Assembly: GCA_043758345.1 (NCBI GenBank) | Contig: JAYVNU010000123.1 | Span: 1 to 41,666, forward strand | Source: Lacisediminihabitans sp. | GTDB lineage: Bacteria; Actinomycetota; Actinomycetes; Actinomycetales; Microbacteriaceae | Direction of reading: 5' to 3' | Length of the DNA: 41,666 nt | In this document: in pieces, positions 25,808 to 35,211 of the stretch | How the letters are laid out: the number at the start of each line of letters is the position of its first letter | Position numbering within the stretch: position 1 is the first letter of the stretch | Position numbers and translations under genes: made by a program | The notes under the pieces: generated by a model | Databases searched by the model: none | Told to the model about the DNA's origin: nothing | What the model saw: only the letters and a program-made list of their open reading frames with translations

Positions 25808-26745
25808 GCGGGGCACTCACCGTCGCGCTCCCGGAGCGGGCGATGCTCGATCGGCTCGGAGCGATGCCGGGCGTCGAATTCGTCATCTGGGCGCCGGGGG
25901 ATGCGGCGCTCGCGCAGCCCGTCGACCTGCTGGTGCTTCCCTACCTGACCACCCATGACACCCTCAGCGGACTCGACCCGGCGCGGGTCTCCCTCGTGCA
26001 GGCCCAGATGCTCGGGTTCGATGGTGTCGAGGCGGCACTGCCCGAGGGGATCACCTACTGCAACGCCGCCGGGGTGCACGAGGTGCCCTCCGCAGAACTC
26101 GCGGTCGCTCTGACGCTGGCGGCCCAGCGCGGTCTGACCGCGTTCGCCCAGGCGCAACTCGCCGGCGGCTGGGATCGGCCGCTCCTTCCCGGCCTCGCGG
26201 GCAGCCGCGTTCTGCTGATCGGAGTCGGCGGTGTGGGGCGCGAGATCGAGAAGCGCATCCTCCCCTTCGACGTCACCCTCACGAAGGTCGGCCGCACTGC
26301 GCGGGCCGGCGTACACGCAAAGTCCGAGCTCGCCTCCCTCCTCCCGGAGGCGGAAGTCGTCATCCTCGCCGTGCCGCTTGGAGCAGGCACCACGCACCTC
26401 GCCGACGCGGCCTTCCTCGCCGCGATGAAGCCAGGAGCGCTGCTCGTGAATATCTCGCGCGGCGCAGTCGTCGACACCGACGCACTCGTCGATCGGGTTG
26501 CATCCGGTGCGCTCCGTGCCGCGCTCGACGTCGTCGATCCGGAGCCGCTACCGGTCGGGCATCCACTCTGGATGCTTCCCGGCGTGACCCTTACCCCGCA
26601 CATCGGCGGCAATGTGCTGAGCATGTCGCAGCGAATCGATCCGCTGGTCGTCACCCAGATCTCGCGACTTCGAGACGGGCTGCCGCCGCTGCACGTCGTT
26701 TTCGACGGCCGTACCCTCGCACCCTCTTCGCCCGTGAAGTCCTGA
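25804..26745 (+). CDS. D-isomer-specific 2-hydroxyacid dehydrogenase
   Basis: GVGGVG nucleotide-binding loop, [18 protein letters not shown] and TPHIGG. GTGA overlap with gntR. Confidence 0.9.
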   Translation: MSGALTVALPERAMLDRLGAMPGVEFVIWAPGDAALAQPVDLLVLPYLTTHDTLSGLDPARVSLVQAQMLGFDGVEAALPEGITYCNAAGVHEVPSAELAVALTLAAQRGLTAFAQAQLAGGWDRPLLPGLAGSRVLLIGVGGVGREIEKRILPFDVTLTKVGRTARAGVHAKSELASLLPEAEVVILAVPLGAGTTHLADAAFLAAMKPGALLVNISRGAVVDTDALVDRVASGALRAALDVVDPEPLPVGHPLWMLPGVTLTPHIGGNVLSMSQRIDPLVVTQISRLRDGLPPLHVVFDGRTLAPSSPVKS

Positions 26746-26782
26746 GAGCCGCACTCCCCTGATACGACCAGAAAGGTCACCG

Positions 26783-28105
26783 ATGAACCAGCAGAGACGC
26801 TTCCCCCGCCCGCGCGACCTCGCGCCCCTGATGCACTTCGCCACGCCGGAGCTCGACCTCAAGAAGCGCCGCCTCGAGAAGGCGCTCACGATCTACGACC
26901 TCAAGAAGATCGCACAGCGGCGCACACCGAAGGCGGCATTCGACTACACGGATGGCGCGGCCGAGGGCGAGCTCTCGATGGCGCGCGCGCGCCAGGCCTT
27001 CGAAGACGTGCAGTTCAACCCGTCGATCCTGCGCGATGTCTCGAACGTCGACACCTCGGTGAGCATTCTCGGTGGCACGTCGGCGATGCCTTTCGGGATC
27101 GCGCCGACCGGCTTCACGCGCCTCATGCAGACGGAGGGCGAGATCGCCGGAGCGGGCGCTGCGGGGGCCGCCGGCATCCCGTTCACGCTGTCCACGCTCG
27201 GCACGACGTCGATCGAGAAAGTCAAAGCCGCGAACCCGAACGGACGCAACTGGTTTCAGCTCTATGTGATGCGGCAGCGGGAGATCTCCTACGGCCTGGT
27301 AGAGCGAGCGGCGGCCGCCGGCTTCGACACGCTCATGTTCACCGTCGACACGCCGGTGGCCGGTGCGCGGCTGCGTGACAAACGCAACGGCTTTTCGATC
27401 CCGCCGCAGCTCACCGCCGGAACGATCATCAACGCCATTCCGCGGCCGTGGTGGTGGTTCGACTTCCTCACCACCCCACCGCTCGAATTCGCGTCGCTCT
27501 CCTCGACCGGCGGAACCGTCGGCGAACTGCTCGACTCCGCCATGGATCCCTCGATCAACTTCGAGGATCTCGCCACCATCCGCGCCATGTGGCCCGGCAA
27601 GTTGATCATCAAGGGCGTGCAGAACGTCGAGGACTCCCGTCGGCTCGCAGACCTCGGTGTCGACGGGATCCTGCTCTCCAACCACGGCGGGCGCCAACTC
27701 GACCGCGCACCGATCCCGTTCCACCTCCTCCCGGAGGTCGTGCGCGAGGTCGGTAACGACACCGAGGTGATGGTCGACACCGGCATCATGAACGGCGCGG
27801 ATGTCGTGGCCTCGATGGCCCTCGGCGCGAAGTTCACGCTCATCGGCCGCGCCTACCTCTACGGGCTGATGGCTGGCGGGCGTGCCGGGGTGGACCGCAC
27901 CATCGCGATCCTCTCCGACCAGCTGGTGCGCACGATGAAGCTCCTCGAGGTCGCGAGCGTCGAGGAGCTCACTCCCGCGCACGTCACGCAGTTGCAGCGG
28001 CTTGCTCCGCGTGAGCTGTCTGCTCCGCTGGCCGCGGTCTCGGTGCCCGTGCGCAAGTCGGTTGCGCGGAAGGCTCCGGTTACTAAGACGACGGTCAAGA
28101 ACTAG
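26783..28105 (+). CDS. lldD: FMN-dependent alpha-hydroxy acid dehydrogenase (quinone-dependent L-lactate dehydrogenase)
   Basis: Motifs [43 protein letters not shown] and GRAYLYGL. Confidence 0.88.
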   Translation: MNQQRRFPRPRDLAPLMHFATPELDLKKRRLEKALTIYDLKKIAQRRTPKAAFDYTDGAAEGELSMARARQAFEDVQFNPSILRDVSNVDTSVSILGGTSAMPFGIAPTGFTRLMQTEGEIAGAGAAGAAGIPFTLSTLGTTSIEKVKAANPNGRNWFQLYVMRQREISYGLVERAAAAGFDTLMFTVDTPVAGARLRDKRNGFSIPPQLTAGTIINAIPRPWWWFDFLTTPPLEFASLSSTGGTVGELLDSAMDPSINFEDLATIRAMWPGKLIIKGVQNVEDSRRLADLGVDGILLSNHGGRQLDRAPIPFHLLPEVVREVGNDTEVMVDTGIMNGADVVASMALGAKFTLIGRAYLYGLMAGGRAGVDRTIAILSDQLVRTMKLLEVASVEELTPAHVTQLQRLAPRELSAPLAAVSVPVRKSVARKAPVTKTTVKN

Positions 28106-28112
28106 CGGCGCG

Positions 28113-29225
28113 TCAGACCGCGGGCACCGTGACCGAGCGCACGATGCTCGCGGCAGCCGACGCGAACGCGCGGTAGGTCGCCGGGTCTAGCCGAGCGAGG
28201 GTCAGCTGCCCACGCTCCGCGATGTGCGCGTCGTAGGGAACGACGAAAACCTGGGCCGCGCCGGCCCCGGCGATGATGCGGTCGATTCTCTCCATGACCT
28301 GCGGATGCTCCGGACGCCCGTCCGTCAGGCGCAGGATAATGGCGCGGTGGGCGAGCCCCGCCGAGCGCCCTCCGGCCCGGCGAAGTCGTTCGAGCAGGGC
28401 GAGCGCCTCGAAAACCGCGTCACCGGAGTTCAGCACCGGAATGACGAGGGCGTCCGCCGTCTCGAGCGCTCCGTCGAAGGCTGACGAGCTCGACTGGTTT
28501 CCGCTGTCCATCACGCGGATGCTGTAGAACGAGTCGATCACCGCGGATACGGCGACGACGTCGTCCCGGGTGAGTGCCGCTCGGTGGCCGACCGACCCGA
28601 TCACCGAAGCGAACGAGGTCTGCGGGGCGGTGTATCCGGCCAGCTGGCCCGCGCTCGACATGGTCGAGATGGCGGCGACGAGTTCGCCGAGTCCGAGGTT
28701 CGGGGTTCCCTCCGCGCGGAAGGTCAGGGCGCCCGGATCGTCGGAGACCTCGAGCACGCAGACCGAGCCTCCGCGCACCGAGGCGAGTGTTCCGGCGAGC
28801 ATGAGAGACACCGGAGTCTTGCCGACGCCGCCCTTGGGGTTCGCGACAAGCACGCTGATGGCCCGAGTCCAGGTGGCCTGGCGAATCATCTCTTCGTCCC
28901 GGATCACGCGCGCGTCCGACTCCCGCCTCGCCTGCTCGGCGGCGCCAGGCGCGATGCGGATGCCGAGCCCGCCGAGCAGACCACGCACGCCCGTGCGCGC
29001 CGGGGCCGGACGGTCGAGGGTGGTCATGAGGCCGGGTTCCGCGGTGCGGAAGTCCGAGACATCCGGAGCGGCAGGCGTCTCGTCGAGGGTGATCGGCTGC
29101 GCGAGCTCGTCTGCGGCGGAGCGCGGCGGCGAGGCTTCGGAGCCTTCGACGGCCGGCATCGACGGCGCGAATCGAGTGACGCGCGAGGTGACCGAGTACG
29201 CGCGGGGCAGGGGGGATTCAGACAT
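28113..29225 (-). CDS. MinD/ParA-family ATPase with Pro-rich N-terminus (EspI-like), T7SS-associated
   Basis: Deviant Walker A NPKGGVGKT, RVMDSGN and VPYDAHI. Start at ATG 29225 overlaps the FtsK stop. Confidence 0.8.
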   Translation of the reverse strand: MSESPLPRAYSVTSRVTRFAPSMPAVEGSEASPPRSAADELAQPITLDETPAAPDVSDFRTAEPGLMTTLDRPAPARTGVRGLLGGLGIRIAPGAAEQARRESDARVIRDEEMIRQATWTRAISVLVANPKGGVGKTPVSLMLAGTLASVRGGSVCVLEVSDDPGALTFRAEGTPNLGLGELVAAISTMSSAGQLAGYTAPQTSFASVIGSVGHRAALTRDDVVAVSAVIDSFYSIRVMDSGNQSSSSAFDGALETADALVIPVLNSGDAVFEALALLERLRRAGGRSAGLAHRAIILRLTDGRPEHPQVMERIDRIIAGAGAAQVFVVPYDAHIAERGQLTLARLDPATYRAFASAAASIVRSVTVPAV

Positions 29226-32200
29226 GGTGCTTCTCCAGTTCGCTTGGACGTGTGGATTCATTCGGATCGGATCGGATGCTCGCCCCTTCGCGAGTCGGCA
29301 CCTGCAGCGTGACGAGCTCGCCGGTGCCGAAGTGCGCGAGGGCGCGACCGGGCACGACCTTCGCCGAGACCAGCGATCTGGCGATCCGGGCGCCGATGAG
29401 ATCGCCGTCGATGGTGTTCTGCGGGGAGAGCAGCGCGCCGCGGCGATTCTTCTTCACGTCCACCTGCCAGCCCGAGAATCCGGCGCACAGCTCTGCCGAA
29501 TTGCCACCGAGGATGAGCCCGCGACGAGAGTCGCCGGAGGTGCGGATGAAAGTGCGCAGCCAGGCCTTCGCCGGGGCATCCATCAGCATTTCGCCGTCGT
29601 CGACGATCAAGACGACGGGGCTGCCGTCCGGGGCGAGGTGCGGGGCGAGCTCTTCCTCGGTGAGCTCGGAATGCATGAACAGCGCCCGGACGCCGGCGGC
29701 GCCGGCGTAGTCACGCAGCGGGCTGGTGCGTGGGCTGGCGATCACCAGTTCGGTTCCCGAGCGGAGGAGGGAATCCGCCATCACACAGAGCAGCGTGCTT
29801 CGCCCGGAGCGGGCGGGACCGGCGACGACGAACGTCGAGCAGTCGTGTTCGAGATCCATCCCCGTCGCAGCCAACTGGTCTCCGCCGACGCCGAGAAGCG
29901 CCCACATCGGCCCGGTCGACTCGGTCGCGGCCAGCGCGAGTGCCTCCTCGAGGTCGAGGACGGAGGGCAGGTCGTCCACCCGGAACGGCCGCGCCGCCGT
30001 GGGGATCTCGGCATCCCGTTCGCCGAGACGCCGCCCGAGTGCGCGCACAGCTTCTGCCTGGGCCTGCCCGGATGGATCATCACCGAGTAAAGCGACCTGC
30101 AGCTCGATGGCGCTCCCGGCCCGAAATCCACGCCCGGGCGGGAGGTCGACCTGAATCGTCTTGTGGTTGAGATCGGCGAGGCTGTAATCGAGTCGGTCGG
30201 TGAGCCTCAGGATCACCTTGTCATCGGTGAGCGCGCTCATCCGGCTGGTGAGAAGGCTTCGGTCGCCGGCGATGACGAGGTGCACGCCAGCGCTCGCGCC
30301 GTCGCGTAGCAGCGAATACACGACGTCGAGTAGCGCCCCGCCGTCGAGCTCCCCGAGCGTCGTCAGGAAGTTCTCCCAGCGGTCGATGAGTATGAGCAGG
30401 TGCGGAAGGCGATCGGATGCCGCGCTCGTCGCCCGCTGCTCGGTGATGTTGGCGTTGTTGGCCGCGCCGAGGATTTCATGCCGTCGAAGCACCTCGGCCT
30501 GCAGGCGGAGGATCAGCCGGGATGCGCGCTCCGTCTGGTTGCGCTGGGCTACCGCCCCGCAGTGCGGCAGCGCGGAGAGGCTCGCGAGCGCCCCGTTTCC
30601 GCAGTCGATACCGTACAGGTGCAGGTCGGCGCTCGACGCCCCCTCCGCCGCGCTCGCGGCGATCGTGCGGAGAGCCTGCGACCGGCCCGATCCGGGTGCC
30701 CCGACGATGTAGAGGTGCCCGAAGCTCGCGAGGTCGAGCACCGCGTCCCGCTGAAGCTGGCTCGCCGGGAGGTCTTCGCGCGCCCAGCTGATGCGTTCCG
30801 AAGAGCCGAGTCCGCGCGGGCCGACCCCGAGTGAATCGAGACGCACGATCGCCTCGAGCGCCGGCAGCCACGGGCTGTGCTGAGGCGGGATCGCGAGGGT
30901 CTCGCCCGCCTCCCGGATGGCGCCGACGAGCACCGAGAGCTCCGTCGCCGTCGATGACACGGATGCCGCAAGCGGAGGGCGCGCGACCGGCAGCGAGAAG
31001 TCTTCCGCGGCCAGTATCTCGACGAACGGCGCACGCCGTCGAACCTCGCGACCGAGCGTGACGGTTCCTCCGATGCGCGCCGTCTGGAAGGGGATGATGG
31101 AGGCGTGACCGAGCCTGGCGTAGGCACGGCCGGGAGTCGTCTTGGCGATGCGGGCGGCATCCGGAACGTCGATGACGTCGGAGCTCTCGCCGGCGTCGGT
31201 CATGCGGAGGGCCACCCGCAGGTTGGTGTTCGCCCGGATCTCCGGGGAGATCACGCCGGACGGACGCTGTGTCGCCATGACGAGATGCACTCCGAGCGAG
31301 CGGCCGCGCTGGGCGATCCCGATCAGGCCGGCCACGAAATCCGGCAACTCCTTCGCCATCGCCGCGAACTCGTCGATGACGATCGCGAGCCGCGGAAGAC
31401 CCTCGCCGCCGGCGACGGCCAGGTGCGCGTAGTATGCGTCGAGGTCCTTCGCCCCGACGGCACCGAGCATTTCCTCGCGCCGGATCAGCTCCGCGCGAAG
31501 CGAATTGAGTGCTCGCTGAACGAGGTGGGTGTCGAGGTCGGTCACGATCCCGACGGTGTGCGGCAGGTCGGCACACTCGCTGAACGCGGCGCCGCCCTTG
31601 TAGTCGATCAGCACGAAGGTCATCGCGTCCGGGCGATTGGCGACCGCGAGCGAGGCGACGAGGGTCTGCAGGAACTCCGATTTTCCCGAACCCGTCGTGC
31701 CGGCGACGAGGCCGTGTGGCCCGTCGCGCACGAGGTCGATCGAGAACGGCCCGTCGAGCGAGAGCCCGATCACCGCCTCCGTCGAGCGCCCGCCCGTTGC
31801 CCAGCGCGACACGATCGAACCGCCGGTCGGCGCTGCGAGACCGAGCACCTCGAGCAAATTCGCCGAGCCGGGGAGCAGGCTGTCGCTGTCGGATGGGCTG
31901 ACGTCGCGCAGGGGGGCGAGACTGCGGGCGACCTCCTCGAACCATTCGGGCGCGACGGAGTCCATCGACACGTCGTCGGTGTCGTCGGCGTTGTGTCGCC
32001 TGAGCAGGAGTCGGCCGGCGGCGCGTTCGACGATCAGCGCCGTGCACTCCTCGGGCAGCTGGCGTTCCTCGGCATCGATGCACAGAAGGTGCACTCCGAC
32101 GGCTGGCCCGTCGCGCAACAGGGTCACAATGCCCGGGAGCGCTCGCAGCCGTCGGGCGCCGTCCAGGACGACGAGCACATCCGGGGTGAACCGGATGGAG

Positions 32201-33672
32201 CGTGAGCCGGGACCCGACAGCGCCGCGGTGCGCTCCGTCACGAGTTGGCCGAGTGCGGCCACCCGGCGTCCAACCGCCTCCGTGTCGAAACCGGTGAGGG
32301 TAAGGGCGTCCTGCCCGAGTGCCGGTCGGAGGTGGGGAAGCCAGCGCGCAAAGTGCCAGCGGCTCGCGGCATCCGCTGCCCCGAGGATGTAGAGCTGCAG
32401 GTCGCGCGGACTCTGGGTGACGGAGAGCTGGCCGATCATCCAGCGACAGAGGTCGCTCGCCCACTCCCCCTGGCCGGCCACGCCGATCACGCCGCATTCG
32501 GCGATCGACAGGGTGACGGGCACACTGTGGTTCATCCCGGTCGACCGTCGCCGATGCTCGAGTTCTGCGAGATCTTCGATGCCGACGCGACTCGCGAGAT
32601 CCGCGTGCCCGACCCGCACGAGCAAATGGTCGGGATCGGTGCTCCGCCGCTCCCACAGTCGCCGGGTCGGCGCGGTCGCGGCGAGGAAGAGCTCGGCCGC
32701 ATCCGGGGTCGTCGAGCGTCGCGTGCCCTGTTCGGCCAGCACCGCGCTCGCGATCTCGCCGGTGATCGTCGCGATCGTCGACCGATGCTCGGCCATCTGC
32801 CGACGGTGACTCTTCTTGCCGTTTCTTCTGGCGGAGAGATTTCCGCCGATCATCATCACCGGCGACATCAGGGCGAACAGCAGGTAGAACGGCTGCTTGA
32901 GCAGTACCGCCATCGAAACACCGAGCAGAGCCGGGATGGCCGCGGTAATCCAGGGCATCGGATTGCGGGTCGGCGCCGGAGGGGGCGCCGGGAGGCGGAA
33001 GCCGGCGACCGGCACCGGGGGAAGCAGCCGTGGCGGACGGTTGTAGTCGAGCCAGCCGCCCTCCTCGGAGGGGATCAACTCGGCATCGCCGCGGGTGACC
33101 GGATGCAGTGTCAGGATCGAGGCCCCGAGCGCGAGCTGGCTGCCCGGCACCCACTCGACGGGGTCGGCTGCGAGTGGGCGCTGCTCGAGCATGACCGTGC
33201 CATCGACGTCATCACCCTCGGCCGCCAGCGCGCGAATCGTGATCCGGCCCTCGCTGTCGAGGAACACCGTCACACGTTCCCGACCGGGCAGGAGTTCCGC
33301 ACCAGCGACGGCACAGGCCCGCTCATCGAGACCCCAGAGTGTCTCGCCGACACGAAGGGAGTGGATGCGCCCGCTCCCCGGCCCCGAGACGAACCGCACC
33401 TCGGCCAACCCCTCGACCGTCGGCGTCCGCGGGGCAGCACCCCCGAGGGTGAGCACCGCGCCACCGATGAGTCCACTTCCGGCAAGAGTGACCGTCGCTG
33501 CTTCGACGTCCACAGCATCCGCCGGGAGGCTGAGGCTCGAACGGATCGCCGCGACGACCTCACCCATCGGGGTGTCCGGCTCAGCGTCGAGGAGGATGTC
33601 GGTATCGCTGTCTGTGCCGAACAGTGGGCCAGCGGCATTGCCCGGCCCGGCTACGGTGATGACCACTCTCAT
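29218..33672 (-). CDS. Type VII secretion FtsK/SpoIIIE ATPase (EccC/EssC-like) with N-terminal ubiquitin-like and FHA-like domains
   Basis: 1484 aa from ATG 33672. YNRPPRL, two TM helices and LWERR, then D1 (GPHGLVAGTTGSGKSE, IDYKGG, VIDEFA, GRSLGVHLVMATQRP), D2 (GAPGSGRS) and D3 (GPARSGRS). Lies next to WXG100 genes. Confidence 0.9.
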   Translation of the reverse strand: MRVVITVAGPGNAAGPLFGTDSDTDILLDAEPDTPMGEVVAAIRSSLSLPADAVDVEAATVTLAGSGLIGGAVLTLGGAAPRTPTVEGLAEVRFVSGPGSGRIHSLRVGETLWGLDERACAVAGAELLPGRERVTVFLDSEGRITIRALAAEGDDVDGTVMLEQRPLAADPVEWVPGSQLALGASILTLHPVTRGDAELIPSEEGGWLDYNRPPRLLPPVPVAGFRLPAPPPAPTRNPMPWITAAIPALLGVSMAVLLKQPFYLLFALMSPVMMIGGNLSARRNGKKSHRRQMAEHRSTIATITGEIASAVLAEQGTRRSTTPDAAELFLAATAPTRRLWERRSTDPDHLLVRVGHADLASRVGIEDLAELEHRRRSTGMNHSVPVTLSIAECGVIGVAGQGEWASDLCRWMIGQLSVTQSPRDLQLYILGAADAASRWHFARWLPHLRPALGQDALTLTGFDTEAVGRRVAALGQLVTERTAALSGPGSRSIRFTPDVLVVLDGARRLRALPGIVTLLRDGPAVGVHLLCIDAEERQLPEECTALIVERAAGRLLLRRHNADDTDDVSMDSVAPEWFEEVARSLAPLRDVSPSDSDSLLPGSANLLEVLGLAAPTGGSIVSRWATGGRSTEAVIGLSLDGPFSIDLVRDGPHGLVAGTTGSGKSEFLQTLVASLAVANRPDAMTFVLIDYKGGAAFSECADLPHTVGIVTDLDTHLVQRALNSLRAELIRREEMLGAVGAKDLDAYYAHLAVAGGEGLPRLAIVIDEFAAMAKELPDFVAGLIGIAQRGRSLGVHLVMATQRPSGVISPEIRANTNLRVALRMTDAGESSDVIDVPDAARIAKTTPGRAYARLGHASIIPFQTARIGGTVTLGREVRRRAPFVEILAAEDFSLPVARPPLAASVSSTATELSVLVGAIREAGETLAIPPQHSPWLPALEAIVRLDSLGVGPRGLGSSERISWAREDLPASQLQRDAVLDLASFGHLYIVGAPGSGRSQALRTIAASAAEGASSADLHLYGIDCGNGALASLSALPHCGAVAQRNQTERASRLILRLQAEVLRRHEILGAANNANITEQRATSAASDRLPHLLILIDRWENFLTTLGELDGGALLDVVYSLLRDGASAGVHLVIAGDRSLLTSRMSALTDDKVILRLTDRLDYSLADLNHKTIQVDLPPGRGFRAGSAIELQVALLGDDPSGQAQAEAVRALGRRLGERDAEIPTAARPFRVDDLPSVLDLEEALALAATESTGPMWALLGVGGDQLAATGMDLEHDCSTFVVAGPARSGRSTLLCVMADSLLRSGTELVIASPRTSPLRDYAGAAGVRALFMHSELTEEELAPHLAPDGSPVVLIVDDGEMLMDAPAKAWLRTFIRTSGDSRRGLILGGNSAELCAGFSGWQVDVKKNRRGALLSPQNTIDGDLIGARIARSLVSAKVVPGRALAHFGTGELVTLQVPTREGASIRSDPNESTRPSELEKHHV

Positions 33673-34475
33673 CGCGTCAGTTCCTTCGCGAAGAGCGGCG
33701 GGGCGGCGTCCGCGGGAAAGATCTCGCTCGTCACCGTTCCGTCCGTCGCCGCCGTGAAAGTCCACCGCGCCGGCCCGGTGCCGCCGAGTGTGACGACCGT
33801 CCAACGGCAGGCGAGGGATTCCAGCGCACGACAGAGGTCGGCGCCATCCTCACCCGGGGGGAACTCGGCGAGCAGCGCGAGACCCGCCGACCCACTCGCG
33901 ATCGCAGCGACGACATCCCGTACCGTGAGGTCGACCGTCCCTTCCGTCGACAGCTGCCGAAGCCCGACGAGACCCACCGTGCGATCCTTCAACCAGGGTG
34001 CCCGGGTGTATTCGTCGATCCAGCGATGCGCGACCTCGACTCGGGCGGCGCGGTCTCCCTCGAGAGCGATGATGCCACGCGCTCGAGAGAGGTCGACGAG
34101 TGTCCCCGGCCGCCCCGAAAGGCCGACCGCGACGAGCCCGCCCGGTCCGATCGAGCGAAGGCCCGCGGCCTCGGAAGCAGCGATCTCCGCACCGTCCGCG
34201 CGCATCCAGCTCGTGGCGTCCGGCAAGGCTGTCCACGGTGTCGGCGGGTCGGCGTGCGGTGCCGCCAGCCGCAGGACGACGGATGTCTCCCCCATCGTCA
34301 CCGCGATGATCACGGGCGGCACGACACTCTCCCGCGCGCAGGCAACGGCAAGCGCGCCGAGCATCCGGTGCGCTGCCGCCGACAGCGCCGCGTCGTAAAA
34401 GGACACCCGCGGTGGCACGGGACGACGGCGCAGGAAGAAGACGCATCGACGGAGGAAGTCTCGACGGAAGAGCAT
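33669..34475 (-). CDS. Hypothetical protein in the T7SS locus
   Basis: About 268 aa. Its stop overlaps the FtsK start (ATGA). Start is uncertain (ATG 34475 or GTG 34481). Confidence 0.7.
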   Translation of the reverse strand: MLFRRDFLRRCVFFLRRRPVPPRVSFYDAALSAAAHRMLGALAVACARESVVPPVIIAVTMGETSVVLRLAAPHADPPTPWTALPDATSWMRADGAEIAASEAAGLRSIGPGGLVAVGLSGRPGTLVDLSRARGIIALEGDRAARVEVAHRWIDEYTRAPWLKDRTVGLVGLRQLSTEGTVDLTVRDVVAAIASGSAGLALLAEFPPGEDGADLCRALESLACRWTVVTLGGTGPARWTFTAATDGTVTSEIFPADAAPPLFAKELTR

Positions 34476-34488
34476 GATCACGTTCGCT

Positions 34489-35211
34489 TCAGCCGGCCAG
34501 CGAGTCGATCTCGCCGAGACGGATCTCGAGCTCACTACGATTAATGCCCGGCACGTCCGCCCAGCAGAAGGTGGTCATCAGCGCGTCGAAGAGCAGCACG
34601 AGGGCGTCGGACAGGGCGCCGCTCGGGTTGTCACCGGAGATCGCCGAGAACGCCATGACGATCCAGCGACCCTCCCGATGCGGAACCTCGACCGTGTAGA
34701 CGATCTGCCGGGTGGTCACCTCCGGCCAGTCGCCCTCGGGCCGCACGCGAATGGTCGTCCTGTCGGTGCGAACGGCCGACGCGCCGTCGACCGTCTCCCG
34801 TGTCGCCTCGATCTCGGGATCGCGGATGATCTCGCCGATCACGTCGGCGGCCGGTGCGAGGCCGTCATCCTCGACCTCACTCTCGATGAGGGACGCGGGA
34901 ACGACGAAGCCGTCGATCGGACGCGTCGGAAGATAGACGGCCGTCGCTCCCGCATCCCGGGCATCCGCAGCCGCACCGGTGAGGCGTTTGCGCAGTTCCG
35001 CACGCCACGGCTCTGTGCTGTCCCTCGGCAGCGTCGACGGGAGGGCCTCCGCCACGATCTCCTCGATCACGGCCCGCAGCCGCGACGCTTCCCGCGTTCG
35101 CACCGGCAGACGCATCCACCCTGGAGGAAGGAGCATGAGGAAGGATGCCTGCGGCTCGCCGGGTGCATTCGACCGCGGAGCCGAGTTCGGCCCGGCGGCG
35201 CTCGCGGTCAC
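34489..35211 (-). CDS. Hypothetical protein (candidate T7SS accessory or immunity protein)
   Basis: 240 aa from GTG 35211, which overlaps the upstream stop (GTGA). Soluble and acidic, with LPPGWMRLP near the N-terminus and an FDALMTTFCW C-terminal motif. Confidence 0.75.
   Translation of the reverse strand: MTASAAGPNSAPRSNAPGEPQASFLMLLPPGWMRLPVRTREASRLRAVIEEIVAEALPSTLPRDSTEPWRAELRKRLTGAAADARDAGATAVYLPTRPIDGFVVPASLIESEVEDDGLAPAADVIGEIIRDPEIEATRETVDGASAVRTDRTTIRVRPEGDWPEVTTRQIVYTVEVPHREGRWIVMAFSAISGDNPSGALSDALVLLFDALMTTFCWADVPGINRSELEIRLGEIDSLAG

Noticed and set aside
29218-33672. Conjugative element (AICE TraB) or cell-division FtsK
   Set aside because: Multiple tandem ATPase domains, an FHA-like N-terminus and adjacent WXG100 genes indicate T7SS. 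There is no integrase, Rep or relaxase, and no FtsK gamma domain.
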